The notes beneath the pieces are model-generated. The model had not been told where the DNA came from, ran no database searches, and saw only the letters and a list, made by a program, of their open reading frames with translations. A DNA stretch of 64,000 bases from Octopus bimaculoides (lineage: Eukaryota): NCBI RefSeq assembly GCF_001194135.2, contig NC_068987.1, positions 6,042,543-6,106,542 on the forward strand, written 5' to 3'. This document shows, piece by piece, positions 1-11,804 of the stretch. Both the position numbers and the translations under genes were made by a program. Positions within the stretch are counted from its first letter, which is position 1. Every line of letters starts with the position of its first letter.

Positions 1-106
1 AGCTCGAAACGTCAAAGACTTTCCGTATTCCCGAGCGTCATACTAATATATACTTTTGTTATTTACACCACCTGTCCTCGTCTGTTGTTATTATTTGTAT
101 ATTCTC

Positions 107-108
<2 letters not shown>
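1..108 (+). mobile_element. 3' part of ~200 bp hammerhead-bearing repeat (family HH-B), cut by window edge
   Basis: GCTCGAAACGTCAAAGACTTTC...TACACCACCTGTCCTCGTCTGTTG matches 5345-5455 and the reverse complement of 24005-24110; followed by (AT)n. Confidence 0.7.
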
Positions 109-148
<40 letters not shown>

Positions 149-166
149 TACATACACACTCACACA

Positions 167-297
167 CGACATGTTTCCTTCAGTTTCCGTCTACCAAATC
201 CACTCACAAGGCTTTGGTCGGCCCGAGGCTATAGTAAAAGACACTTTCCCAAGGTGCCACGCAGTGGGACTGAACCCAGAACCAATATGGTTGTAAA
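167..297 (-). mobile_element. SINE F1 (tRNA head + CORE-like segment), 5' half
   Basis: Reverse complement reads GGTTCAGTCCCACTGCGTGGCACCTTGGGAAAGTGT...GGCCGACCAAAGCCTTGTGAGTGGATTTGGTAGACGGAAACTGAA, as in copies at 2106 and 29277. Confidence 0.85.
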
Positions 298-1147
298 ACA
301 ACATTCTTATTGCATTTTTTGCGTATATCATAATCTATTAAGACCAAATAGACTGCATATATGCTCTTTCGACATCTGTTGAATATACTAATTACTTGAC
401 AACCATTATCTATTACAAATGAAAAGGAGACAAATATCAACCGTACGGATTACAATGAATATCTTTTTAATTTATATGGCATACAATATCTATCAAATAA
501 CACAAACTACAAAATTAATAATTCACTTCAATCCACATATTTACTACACTAAACCTCAAAATCTTGATATCGATTAAAATATATATTTCTTATTAATCTG
601 AAAGAGTAATTTTATGACTATTAAAGATAGTCTCCATTCAAAGTGGCACCCTGGCAATGCGACTAATTTCTTTGTTTACGTTAATTTTGCCAGCTCTTCT
701 GGCAACCAATCAAATCTCCGGGATTAATCGTTTTCCGAAATGTTTACAAATATGTTTGGTTCTGTAATGTCACGCTGATTTCCAATGTCAATCTTTTGCG
801 TAATAACAGAGATAAACGAGCCAAGAAACAACAGATTCTCAAAAAATAAAAAAATAAAATTTAGTTAATATGTTGAGTAACATTTCTTCGTTAGCACGCA
901 TAAATTATCATCGAACCTTATGTGTTTACGTGAGTGTATCTGTGTACGTATTTATGTGTGTATTACTGTGTGTAACGGATATGCGTATTCATGTGTATAG
1001 ATAGGTATTGGTACCTGTAAATATATGTGAATACACATATATGTATAGAAGGACATATACGAACACACACATGCGTTCACATACGTATATATGCATCACT
1101 GCCTGTGCCTAGTTGTATATACTGTGTATATATATGTATGACTTTAT

Positions 1148-1184
<37 letters not shown>

Positions 1185-2105
1185 NNNNNNNNNNGTGTAT
1201 CTGTGTACGTATTTATGTGTGTATTACTGTGTGTAACGGATATGCGTATTCATGTGTATAGATAGGTATTGGTACCTGTAAATATATGTGAATACACATA
1301 TATGTATAGAAGGACATATACGAACACACACATGCGTTCACATACGTATATATGCATCACTGCCTGTGCCTAGTTGTATATACTGTGTATATATATATTC
1401 ACTTCACTGTGTCCCTGTCATGTTTTCTCGCCCCTCCTTAATTCTTTTGTCCCTCTGCCTCTACCTCTCTCTCTTCTCTTCCCACGTGATAGTCTAGTAT
1501 GCGTATATACTTCAGGACAAGGGACTAGGAAACTATGCTGGTTCTATGGAGGACATTTGTAATCAGCTGTTTGGATTACTGCTGTCAACTGTTCGAACAA
1601 TGACGTCTTGACGGAGGGATTGAACTCACATCCACTGCAATGATCACTATAACCGAATCATGTGTGCAGCTTTTTCAGTAAGTCATTGCAGAATTGTCTT
1701 TCTCTGACTACGAGAAACAACCATTAGATATTTGTGTATGCGTAAGAGCTTCTGCTGTAGATACGTCTTGCATAATTATTCATAGATTTTATATAAGTTC
1801 GAGTGTCTGAATGTAACGAATTTAAAGTCTACGAAAGTTTTAATTAATAGCTTGTAATATCAAATTATTCATTTTTTAGTTGATTATAAACCATTATCTC
1901 ATATTTTATTAAGTATCCATTTTCTGAATACTCTCATAGTATTGATTTGCTTTTAATTTCTATCTTCAATAATATATTACACTAAAATGTGTTTGTACGC
2001 TTTCATATTGGTACACGTTTACAAAGCAGAATCAGTGCGTGTATTCTCACTTGTTGGTATGTTTCTCATAGAATATCACTGTTTTATTTAATCTGAAATA
2101 TACGC

Positions 2106-2263
2106 GGAGGAGTGACTGTGTGGTACGTTTCTTGCTTACCAACTACATGGTTCAGGTTCAGTGCTACTGTGTGGAACTTTGGGCAAGTGTCTTCCACTAT
2201 AGCCTCGGGCCGACCAAAGCCTTGTGAGTGGATTTGGTAGACGGAAACTGAAAGAAGCCTGTC

Positions 2264-2315
<52 letters not shown>

Positions 2316-2519
2316 TTGTGTGTCTGTGTCCCCCGCCCAACATCGCTTGACAACCGATGCTGTTGTGCTTACGTCCCCGTCACCTAGGGGATCGGCAAAA
2401 AGAGACCGATAGGATAAGTACTGGGCTTACAAACAATAAGCCCCGGAGTCGATTTGCTCGACTAACGGCAGTGCTCCAGCATGGCCTAGGCTTCAAAATG
2501 AAACTAATAATAGAATAAA
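2106..2519 (+). mobile_element. SINE F1, near full length (5' half + internal (TA)n(TG)n + 3' half)
   Basis: tRNA-like head with B-box-like GGTTCAGTG; CORE-like CTTTGGGCAAGTGTCTTC; internal microsatellite 2266-2315; 3' module CATCGCTTGACAACCGATG...GTGCTCCAGCATGGCC; A-rich tail. Confidence 0.85.
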
Positions 2520-2539
2520 TGTTTATGTGCCCTTAATAT

Positions 2540-2783
2540 TGTTCTCGGAGAGATTCAGCGTGACACAGAGTGTGACAAGGCTGGCCCCTTTGAATTACAG
2601 GTACAACAGAAACAGGTAGAAAGAGTGAGAGAAAGTTGTGACGAAAAAGTACAGCAGGGTTCGCCACCTCCGAAAGTTTAGGTGTTTTCGGTCAATAAAC
2701 ACTCACAACGCCCGGTCTGGATTTCGAAATCGCGATCCTACGATCGCGAGTCCGCTGCCCTAACCACTGGGCCAATGTACCTC
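2540..2783 (-). mobile_element. SINE F3 (tRNA-Arg-like head), tail type A, 3' truncated
   Basis: Reverse complement matches 31268-31560 (TGGCCCAGTGGTTAGGGCAGCGGACTCGCG...CCTTGTCACACTCTGTGTCACGCTGAATCTC). Confidence 0.85.
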
Positions 2784-2920
2784 AACAATGATTTTTCTTC
2801 AGTGGCATAGTGAACAACAACCTTTACACTGTTATACACACAAAGTCTATTCAAACACAAACAAACACATACAAAAAAGCATGCGTATGTGATATGCGTA
2901 CTAATATTTGTTTCAGTATT

Positions 2921-3107
2921 TTGGCACAAGGCCAGCAATTTCGAGGGACTGGGGTGGATTGAGAGGCGTAAGTCTATTACATCGACCCCGGGAAAAGATG
3001 CAAAGCAATGTCGACCTTCATAGGAATAGAACTCAGAACGTGAAGACGGACAAAATCCGGCAAACATTTTGCCCAGCCTGCTAATGATTCGGCCAGCTCG
3101 ACGCCTT
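2921..3107 (-). mobile_element. SINE F2, degenerate copy
   Basis: Reverse complement has AAGGCG..GAGCTGGCCGAATCATTAGC head, GTTCTGAGTTC B-box region, GGTCGAC..TTGC..TTTCCCGGGGTCGATG core and GCCTTGTGCCAA tail. Confidence 0.75.
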
Positions 3108-3123
3108 AGTATACGTTCTAATA

Positions 3124-3315
3124 TTGGCACAAGGCCAGCAATTTCGGGAGAGGGACTAAGTAGATTACATCGACCCCCAGTGTTCAACTGTCACATATTT
3201 TATCGACCCCGAAAAGATGAAAATCAATGTAGACCTCCACGAAATTTGAACTCAGAACGTAAAGACGGAGAAAATGTCGCTATCGCGGCGTGCTAACGCA
3301 TCTACCATCTTACCG
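3124..3315 (-). mobile_element. SINE F2, second tandem copy
   Basis: Same modules as 2921-3107 and 61851-62070. Confidence 0.8.
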
Positions 3316-3478
3316 ATTTTATATACGGCTTAATACCCCCGTATATTTTTGCGGATGCAAAGCAGCTGACTTCTTATATCACCTAATACATATAAAACCA
3401 TCACGGACCTTACTATTCACCAACCTCATCTATGAGGTCATTTGGTCTCGTCTTAAACTGCAAGACATAACAGCCAAA

Positions 3479-3616
3479 ACTCCTTCATATGTTTACCATA
3501 AGGTTTAAATAAGGTTAAATATACGTGATATACTAAAATTGAATGATACTCCTTCATATATTTACCATAAGGTTTAAATATGGTTAAATATATGTGATAT
3601 ACAAAAATTGAATGAT
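3479..3616. repeat. 69 bp tandem duplication (2 units)
   Basis: ACTCCTTCATAT(G/A)TTTACCATAAGGTTTAAAT...AAATTGAATGAT at 3479-3547 and 3548-3616. Confidence 0.9.
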
Positions 3617-4021
3617 ATATTTGAGTAGCAGACAAGACATTCACGTTTAGAATATATATCGAACGATAAATTTTTGATATACGGAAATAGTTCTCTTGGC
3701 ACGTGCAGAGGCATTCAGAAAACGGCAGAATCTGCGACTCTGCACGAACCGGGTATAGAAATATTCTACAAAAACTAGATAATATTTACAAAATCGCCAA
3801 GAAATTACACAACTTACTAATCCTCCAGAACGTACGTGACATTAGAGGGGAAAATATGGCGTTCAACATCAATTTCAATGATTTAAAGACGTGCACATAT
3901 TAAAAAAAAATTACAGATAACCATGGAGTTTGTAAATATGACAGAATCTAATAAACAAATTATTCGTAAACTATTGCGAAATTACATTACACAAAAAGAA
4001 TGGGCTTTCAATATAAAAACC

Positions 4022-4165
4022 AGCAACCCGTTTGCTTCCCAACCACTTGGTTCCGGGCTCAGTCCCACTGCGTGGTAACTTGGGCAAGTCTCTTCTATTA
4101 TTATCCCAGGCAGACCAAAACCTTGAGAGTGGATTTGGTAGACGGAAACTGAAAAAAGCCCATCA
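4022..4165 (+). mobile_element. SINE F1, 5' half
   Basis: GCTTCCCAACCACTTGGTTCCGGGCTCAGTCCCACTGCGTGGTAACTTGGGCAAGT...GGATTTGGTAGACGGAAACTGAA. Confidence 0.8.
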
Positions 4166-5095
4166 TATAACAGAATCAAGGTTTTTTAAATCTCCCATAA
4201 GACAGCAGTCACCAAAATAGACAAATAGATTTTTGACGCTTCCTAAAATTGTCAAAAATCTACATAAAAAATAAAACAATTATATAAACCGCAAACTTAC
4301 TTCATTGTACCCTACACATTTTTAAAGACTATATGGGAATATATGAAAAGGGAATGTGTAATAGTCCGTTGCACTTACGCAAAATCTAAAGACATATCTA
4401 AACAAAAATGTACAATGAAAAATATAATATATGATGTTATCATTTAACCGAAGCTCATATTCCCCACAACAGACCAGCCAGTCATCCTTGTGTGTGTTTG
4501 CAAGGTATAATGCATGAATATGTCTGTATTATCCAGTTTGTCCGATGGTAAGGTATAAAATGAAAGATGCTTAGCTAGTATATCTACATGCCGAACGATT
4601 ATGCAGTTGTAGGTAATGGAATTTAAAGCTAAATAAAGACTGGCAGCAAGAAAATACGCCACATGGACGTTGGGAAAAACAGTTAACGACATTACATAAT
4701 TGAATGATAGTAACATATTTTCAACGTTTCTTAGCCTAAATATATTGTATGATATCTGTTGTGTCGGAAGCTCTATCCACTTAACGTGAAAGCTGATTCT
4801 ATAAACTAATTCTGGTTTCTTCCTTTATATATTTACACATTTAAAAGTGCATTTTCCGCGAAACCTAGTAAATATTAATGATTTGATGTTCAACGAAGAA
4901 TATAGAAGACGATATAATCATTAGTCTAGAAAGTCGGTGTGTTGATTAGCATTATCCTTGTGACAATACACATTGAAGAGAGTTTAAATTTAATTCATAG
5001 CAATAATTGGGCGTTGGTGAAATAAGAGTGATATAGAGATGATATAGAGAGGCAACAGTTAAAATTATAAAAACGATGTACACATTATATATATG

Positions 5096-5142
<47 letters not shown>

Positions 5143-5261
5143 NNNNNNNNNNNNNNNNNNNNNNNNNNNNNNNNNNNNNNNNNNNNNNNNNNNNNNNNNN
5201 NNNNNNNNNNNNNNNNNNNNTGTGTGTGTGTGTGTGTGTGTATACATATACATACATATTT

Positions 5262-5460
5262 GCCATGATAAATCGCTAGCCACTAAACCTTTTCTATTTT
5301 CTCTCCCTATTTATTTCTATGCTCCCTTCTGTCGAAGAGCGTAGGCTCGAAACGTAAAAGACTTTCTCACTTGCCAAGCATTAAACTAATACATCTGTTT
5401 GTTGTTTACGCTCCCGTCTTCGTCTTTTGTTGGATTTTTTTTTTGTAAATTCTCGCTTTA
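5262..5460 (+). mobile_element. ~200 bp repeat with variant hammerhead (family HH-B; probable Penelope-derived non-autonomous element)
   Basis: Co-linear with the reverse complement of 24005-24198 and with 1-108; TA-rich microsatellite on both sides; contains CTGTCGA-A-GAGC-GTAG-GCTC-GAAACGTA. Confidence 0.7.
5324..5360 (+). ncRNA. Minimal type I hammerhead-like motif, core variant CUGUCGA
   Basis: CCCTT CTGTCGA A GAGC(GTAG)GCTC GAA ACGT A AAAG: perfect 4 bp stem II, palindromic ACGT helix III, GUA site; A6 replaced by U and stem I weak in this copy. Confidence 0.45.
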
Positions 5461-5494
5461 TATGTATGTATATATATATATTTTTTTTCTTTTA

Positions 5495-5592
5495 TTCTTT
5501 TACTAGTTTCAGTCATCTGACTGCGGCCATGCTGGAGCACCGCCTTTAGTCGAGCAAATCGACCCCCGGACTTATTCCTTGTAAGCCTAGTA
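5495..5592 (-). mobile_element. SINE F1, 3' end fragment
   Basis: TTTCAGTCATCTGACTGCGGCCATGCTGGAGCACCGCCTTTAGTCGAGCAAATCGACCCC is the reverse complement of the F1 3' module. Confidence 0.85.
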
Positions 5593-5756
5593 TATGTGGG
5601 TGTGTGGATTTATGTATACATATAGAAACACACATCCAAAACATATACATATATTTTTCACGGAAATTGTGTAGAGGCCGCTGTAAGCATACACACTCAT
5701 ACACACATATGTATATTCATATGTATACGTATATGTGTAATTATATATATATACAT

Positions 5757-5759
<3 letters not shown>

Positions 5760-5831
<72 letters not shown>

Positions 5832-5938
5832 GAGAGAGTGAGAGACAGACAGACAGACAGACAGACAGAGATGGACAGATAGATAGATAGATGAATTGAT
5901 AGATAGATATATTGATGGATAGATACATAGATAGATGA

Positions 5939-6030
<92 letters not shown>

Positions 6031-6035
6031 ATATA
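5760..6035. repeat. Compound microsatellite (TA)n(GA)n(GACA)n(GATA)n
   Basis: Directly visible. Confidence 0.95.
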
Positions 6036-6087
6036 GACCTACATCTGTTTGTCTGAATGCGCTTGTGTGTTTGTGTTTTAATGTGCT

Positions 6088-6265
6088 TCTCCGCTACTTC
6101 GAAAAATAGATGTTGGTTAGTTTACGCCAGTGTAACGTAGAGTTTTGATTAGAAGTCTGATATAATATGTACAAGACTTTAAAAGAAAATAATTACAGGG
6201 GTCGATCTGTTGGACCAAAGCATGGCTGTCATCCAGTGAACGAAACAAGTAAAAAGATAAAAGAT
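6088..6265 (+). mobile_element. SINE F1, 3' half, older diverged variant
   Basis: AGACTTTAAAA...GGGGTCGATCTGTTGGACC...GAAACAAGTAAAAAGATAAAAG. Confidence 0.6.
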
Positions 6266-6624
6266 TAGAAAACATAGCTCAAGTTGGACCCCCGCGTTCA
6301 TTGATGAAAACATTAGTTTTTCCTCTTACACTGAAAAAGAAAAACAAATGGATGGCTTTGACCGGTTGTTTCGCCTTGTATTTTCCTTGATGAATAAACA
6401 GAACAAAGACATACTTGTCAATATTAAGAAAGATTTTGATTGATAGAAACACACAAGGAACCAAAACAAAGCACTCGAATTGGAACACACAAAATAACAC
6501 AGACACTTGCACACAGACATTCTCAAGTACTAACCACTAACATCAAAACGCTCTGAAGAAATCTAAATTCAATGCTTTTTACTTTTCTTCATCGGTTACC
6601 AATAATATTCTATTTGATAGAGCG

Positions 6625-6755
6625 CTAAAGATTTTCCCATTTACATAAGACCAGGCAAAGAGGCAGATGACTTTGCCAAGGCTGAAGTCCAGTGTCAGTG
6701 GACGGACATTAATAGCGAATACTTGGCCTCTGGGCCATATATCACGCATTCACTT
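6625..6755 (-). mobile_element. Possible ancient CORE-type SINE remnant
   Basis: Reverse complement has TGGCCCAGAGG A-box-like start, CCTTGGCAAAGTCA and CCTGGTCTTATGTAAATGGG, loosely resembling MIR/CORE motifs. Confidence 0.3.
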
Positions 6756-6764
6756 ATTCCCTAA

Positions 6765-6806
<42 letters not shown>

Positions 6807-6840
6807 GTTTATCTGTGTGTATACATGCATGCATACATAC

Positions 6841-6871
<31 letters not shown>

Positions 6872-7471
6872 NNNNNNNNNNNNNNNNNNNNNNNNNNNNN
6901 NNNNNNNNNNNNNNNNNNNNNNNNNNNNNNNNNNNNNNNNNNNNNNNNNNNNNNNNNNNNNNNNNNNNNNNNNNNNNNNNNNNNNNNNNNNNNNNNNNNN
7001 NNNNNNNNNNNNNNNNNNNNNNNNNNNNNNNNNNNNNNNNNNNNNNNNNNNNNNNNNNNNNNNNNNNNNNNNNNNNNNNNNNNNNNNNNNNNNNNNNNNN
7101 NNNNNNNNNNNNNNNNNNNNNNNNNNNNNNNNNNNNNNNNNNNNNNNNNNNNNNNNNNNNNNNNNNNNNNNNNNNNNNNNNNNNNNNNNNNNNNNNNNNN
7201 NNNNNNNNNNNNNNNNNNNNNNNNNNNNNNNNNNNNNNNNNNNNNNNNNNNNNNNNNNNNNNNNNNNNNNNNNNNNNNNNNNNNNNNNNNNNNNNNNNNN
7301 NNNNNNNNNNNNNNNNNNNNNNNNNNNNNNNNNNNNNNNNNNNNNNNNNNNNNNNNNNNNNNNNNNNNNNNNNNNNNNNNNNNNNNNNNNNNNNNNNNNN
7401 NNNNNNNNNNNNNNNNNNNNNNNNNNNNNNNNNNNNNNNNNNNNNNNNNNNNNNNNNNNNNNNNNNNNNNN

Positions 7472-7519
<48 letters not shown>

Positions 7520-7734
7520 TGTGTGATATGCATGTGTTTGGCAAGCGTGTGTGTGTGTGTTGGTGAGCTCAATTGATTATTAGACTAAAAAGCTGGACGC
7601 ATTCACAAAGTGCTTCAATAGGTTTATTGTTATGGATGCTTTCAAACTAAAAGCGTGAATGTTTATTGGCAATATTATAGGAAAAAAAGGGGCTGATACT
7701 GAACCGCTAAGTGGAACCAAGGAGAAAAGATTGA

Positions 7735-7753
7735 CCTACCACTACTACTACTC

Positions 7754-7808
<55 letters not shown>

Positions 7809-7943
7809 GTCTAGTGCTATTGCCATGTTGTTACTGCTGCAGCTGATGAGGATGATGATGATGATGATACTACTACTACTGCTACAGGTAGTAGTAGTAG
7901 TAGTAGTAGTGATGGTGATGGTGGTGGTTGGTAGTGGTTGTTG

Positions 7944-7975
<32 letters not shown>

Positions 7976-7990
7976 GGTGGTGATGATGAT
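7735..7990. repeat. Mosaic trinucleotide microsatellite (ACT)n(GAT)n(TAC)n(GTA)n(GGT)n(GTT)n
   Basis: Directly visible; explains the poly-V/Q/H/T ORFs in the track. Confidence 0.95.
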
Positions 7991-8065
7991 AAAATAATTG
8001 AGCAACAAGGGAAATAGCAGGAAGAAAATGAGATGAAATGGTCGTAAAACTCATGATAAATGTGA

Positions 8066-8121
<56 letters not shown>

Positions 8122-8518
8122 ACATGATATAGTAAGAATCGGAGGGAATGGGCGAAAAATAGGAAAAATAAAAACAGAGAAAAAGTGGGAGGAAAAGAAG
8201 CAGAAGAGGAGGTATGAAAGAAGAAAGAGAAAAGAAAGAAAGAAGTTGAAGGACGAAGAAATATGGCGGTCGGCATAATGGGGTGATGGGAGAGGAGGAA
8301 TCCCGAAAAGAGACTAATTAAATTCTTAGCAGCATCATGTTGTGGCCACGCTTTCTCAACTTGGCAGAACCTATTTCATACATACATACATACATACATA
8401 TACGTAGATATATATATATACATACATACACAAAGTATGGGGGTTTAGTTCACAACTGAGACGGTAGTTATGGAGCCATTGTAGATTTCCGATGCAGTGG
8501 ATATATAATTGTTAGAGA

Positions 8519-8912
8519 GGACAGCAAACGTTAAGGCAAGACAAACATCTCGGGTCATATACAGTATTATTACAGGAAGAAATTCAAAATCTTACAACTG
8601 TTTCAGGGATATACCCGAGTATGGGGTATTCCATCATCAGAGACAAATTGGAGAAAAAATATGGAAAACGAGAATGGTATATATATATCAATAAAATGAC
8701 ATCATAGAGGAAGGGAGTAAAAGAATAAGGAGATGGAAAGAGAGAAGAAAAAAGAGGCATAAATGGTCATAGTTCAACTTTGCGAAGTTATAGAAATCAA
8801 ATTATGAGTCTTTAGGGGCATTCCCAGAAACAGCTGAAAGATTTTTAATTATTTCCTGTAATAATATTGTATATGACTTGAGATGTTTGCCTTGCCTTAA
8901 TGTTTGACGTCA
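8519..8912. mobile_element. Foldback/MITE-like element with ~85-95 bp imperfect inverted arms
   Basis: 8526-8609 AAACGTTAAGGCAAGACAAACATCTCGGGTCATATACAGTATTATTACAGGAA... versus reverse complement of 8821-8905 AAACATTAAGGCAAGGCAAACATCTCAAGTCATATACAATATTATTACAGGAA...; ~210 bp spacer. Confidence 0.7.
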
Positions 8913-8936
8913 TGTTTAACAATTATATAGATATAC

Positions 8937-8967
<31 letters not shown>

Positions 8968-9149
8968 AATACATAAATACATGAGCTGTTTATCTTGACA
9001 TGAGATCACCATGTCGCGCTCATATGGTTGTGATGCATGTGCCTGGTGTACCCTTATCAGAAGGGTAGTCATGATGGGTATACTGGGCTTCACATATTTT
9101 ACCCCAGTGTCACTTTGATGGCATGCACTGCTCTGTCATACACACATAT

Positions 9150-9287
9150 AGCGTGGTTTTATACTAAGAAGCCTGCTTCCCAATCACATAGTTCGGAGTT
9201 CAATCCCACTGTGTGGCACCTTGGGCAAGTGTCTTCTACTATACCCTCGGGCCGACCAAAGCATTTTAAGTGGATTTGGTAGACAGG
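9150..9287 (+). mobile_element. SINE F1, 5' half
   Basis: CCCACTGTGTGGCACCTTGGGCAAGTGTCTTCTACTATACCCTCGGGCCGACCAAAG. Confidence 0.8.
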
Positions 9288-9561
9288 TGTGTGTGAGTGC
9301 GTGCGTGTATGTAGGTATGTAGGTTAACAAGCTGCTTTCTTACAAACCTGCAGTTGTTATACGTTTGGTGTTTGGCCTTTGAAGAAATAGAGAGGATATG
9401 CATTGAAGCAATTGTACGATCATAATGCATCGCCTGGTTAATAGAATCAGTATTGACCAAACTTTGATCAATAACCTATTGACCACTTGCCTTAGTGATA
9501 TTCTGCTCGGTCTAAACGTGTCTATCTGTGCGTAAATATGTATATATGTATACAACTATAG

Positions 9562-9735
9562 AGGCGCGGGCGTAAGTGTGTGGTAAGAAGCTTCTTGCGC
9601 AATCACATGGTTCCAGGTTCAGTCCCAATTTGTTACGCCCTGGGCAAGTGTTTTCTTCTATAGTCTCAGGCCGACCAAAGCTTTGTGAGTGGATTTGGTA
9701 GAGGGAAACTGAAAGAAGCCTGTCGTATATATGTA
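9562..9735 (+). mobile_element. SINE F1, 5' half
   Basis: GTGTGGTAAGAAGCTT...GGTTCAGTCCC...GGCCGACCAAAGCTTTGTGAGTGGATTTGG...GAAAGAAGCCTGTCG then (TA)n. Confidence 0.85.
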
Positions 9736-11011
9736 TATATATATATGTGTGTGTGTGTCCGTACATGTGAACGGAGGGTGTCAACTATATTAACACAAGT
9801 ATTTGGCTCGTATCTTAATTTATCAACAGTAGCAAAATAAATAACAAGTCGACTTCGGCGGGATTTGAACACCAGAACATCTAAAAGTGCAGAACTAAAT
9901 CCGACAAGGCATTCGACGGGAGCTCTACCAGTTCTGCCTCTCGAATCTACGAACTGAAATCAAACCAAAAATCTTGCTCAGCAAGTGTTGATGTTCGATT
10001 GTATGTGGAAGCATAGAAAGCGGTGTCATGTTGCGCGTTGAACATATTTTAAAAAATCTCTTTTCACCAGACGCAGCGTGAAAACTAAAAGATTGACGAT
10101 ATCAAAGAATATTTTTGTTTAAAACAAAGTCTGTTGGAGTCTATCTGTCTGAATGGTATTGTAGTCGTGGTCATACCACCACCTGTTACAATACACTGTA
10201 AGATATAGATAAATACAATATGTAGCGTATCTATTTTTCTATAGAAATTTGCTGGAAAAAAAAACCAAACTGTTCTGCGCATTATAAATATTTAGATAAC
10301 ATATATAGATAGACACAAATATATTAGTATGTACACAAACATTGTGTACACACAATTACACAGGAAAAACAATTCTTTTCTATTCACATATGATTATTAT
10401 TGATATAGCCGTGTTTCATTATATTCTTTTGGAAACCGATTTATCAATATACGGAGGCAACTCGTGATAATTTCAATTGACAGAAAATCTCAAATTTAGA
10501 AGGCTTTATATTCAGCTGGTAAATGATTCGGTCGGGAGACACGAATACATTTTAGCGCTCTTCAGAGTGGATAATACTTACCACAAAATATAGGAGTCAA
10601 ATAATAGTTCCAAAAAGTATTTCTCCTTTAAGGGACCTGCCTCATATTTGAAACGATAGGTAGGGAGTTAATATTTACTTTTTCGAATTTACGTTCCTCT
10701 TTATGTTGTAACCACTGGTTTCTCGTATTTTTGAAAAGAAAACTAACGTCTATATTCCCGAGTAGTGTATTAGCTAGTCGCTTATGGAATACCTCTCACC
10801 AGCTGTGGGATCCAGAATGAACGTAGTGTTGTGTGCCTAAGTTCAGAGACGCGGAATAATGTGAGAACACAGAGGATAACATGAGGTTTTTTGAGTAAAA
10901 TTAATGGCAAAGATAACTAAATAGATAGATGTAGCGCGACTAATAAGAAGATAGGAAAATAATTTGCAAGGGTAATAGAGTTCTATATTTAATACAGTTC
11001 TATATGCCCAT

Positions 11012-11277
11012 GGGCATGTGGTGTAGTGGTTAAGAGCGCAGGCAACTAACCCCAAGATTCTGAGTTCGATTCCAGGCAGTGACCTGAATGATAATAATAA
11101 TAATAATAGTAATAGTAATAGCAACAACATTGATAAATACCTTAGGAATGAGAACCCAGGTTCGAAATTTCCCGAAGACACCTGACGAAGGCTGGAGGGT
11201 ATATCAGCTGAAACGTTGTGTTAACAACAAACAGGATGAGGACAAATATCCATCAAATGTAAATAATATAAATAATT
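11012..11277 (+). mobile_element. SINE F4: tRNA head + (AAT)n + hammerhead-bearing tail, full length
   Basis: A-box TGGTGTAGTGG 11019-11029; B-box GAGTTCGATTCC 11062-11073; (AAT)n 11088-11135; tail matches reverse complement of 52458-52600. Confidence 0.85.
11177..11222 (+). ncRNA. Minimal type I hammerhead ribozyme motif in SINE F4 tail
   Basis: GACAC CTGACGA A GGCTG(GAGGGTATAT)CAGCT GAA ACGT T GTGTT; stem II closing pair is G-U in this copy. Confidence 0.55.
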
Positions 11278-11738
11278 TGCGAGACGGAGTTTTGAATCGT
11301 GCAAATGGAAAAAATTCAGCGAGAGAAAGTTTGAGTAAGAGAGAGAGATGGGATTAGCCAAGTAGTTGCAACGAAAATCCAAGAAAGCGGACACCTACCA
11401 AATATATACCCCTACACACATATTGTATCCCCTCCACACACATTAAGTGTTTATACAGTACGAGGAGAGTAGACAAAGAGACATTTAATGGGGTCTTAGA
11501 GTCAAGTTTTGGCTGCTATATCTAGCATGGTGGTATCTCTTAGATACCCTTAATTATAATTATATATANNNNNNNNNNNNNNNNNNNNNNNNNNNNNNNN
11601 NNNNNNNNNNNNNNNNNNNNNNNNNNNNNNNNNNNNNNNNNNNTTAATATATAAATTGCTTATTTCCTTGATGACCACCTGATAATTATCATTAACGTGA
11701 TTTTTTATCCCTATTTTGTGAATATATATTTACATACA

Positions 11739-11804
<66 letters not shown>

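Noticed and set aside
937-1397. ~200 bp direct duplication (937-1150 and 1195-1397)
   Set aside because: The identical copies flank a 10-N gap; most likely an unmerged contig overlap
1516-1677. Exon candidate with CAG acceptor and GTAAGT donor
   Set aside because: All three frames contain stops; the minus strand looks like a decayed SINE head
6667-7576. Long ORFs over N-runs (also near 15.9, 39.1, 41.9, 54.6, 59.2 and 60.7 kb)
   Set aside because: Open only because N codons and (TA)n/(CA)n lack stops; gaps mostly sit in (TA)n tracts
11012-11085. tRNA gene candidates at SINE heads (F1-F5)
   Set aside because: A/B boxes are present but there is no complete cloverleaf or acceptor stem, and each runs into a SINE body
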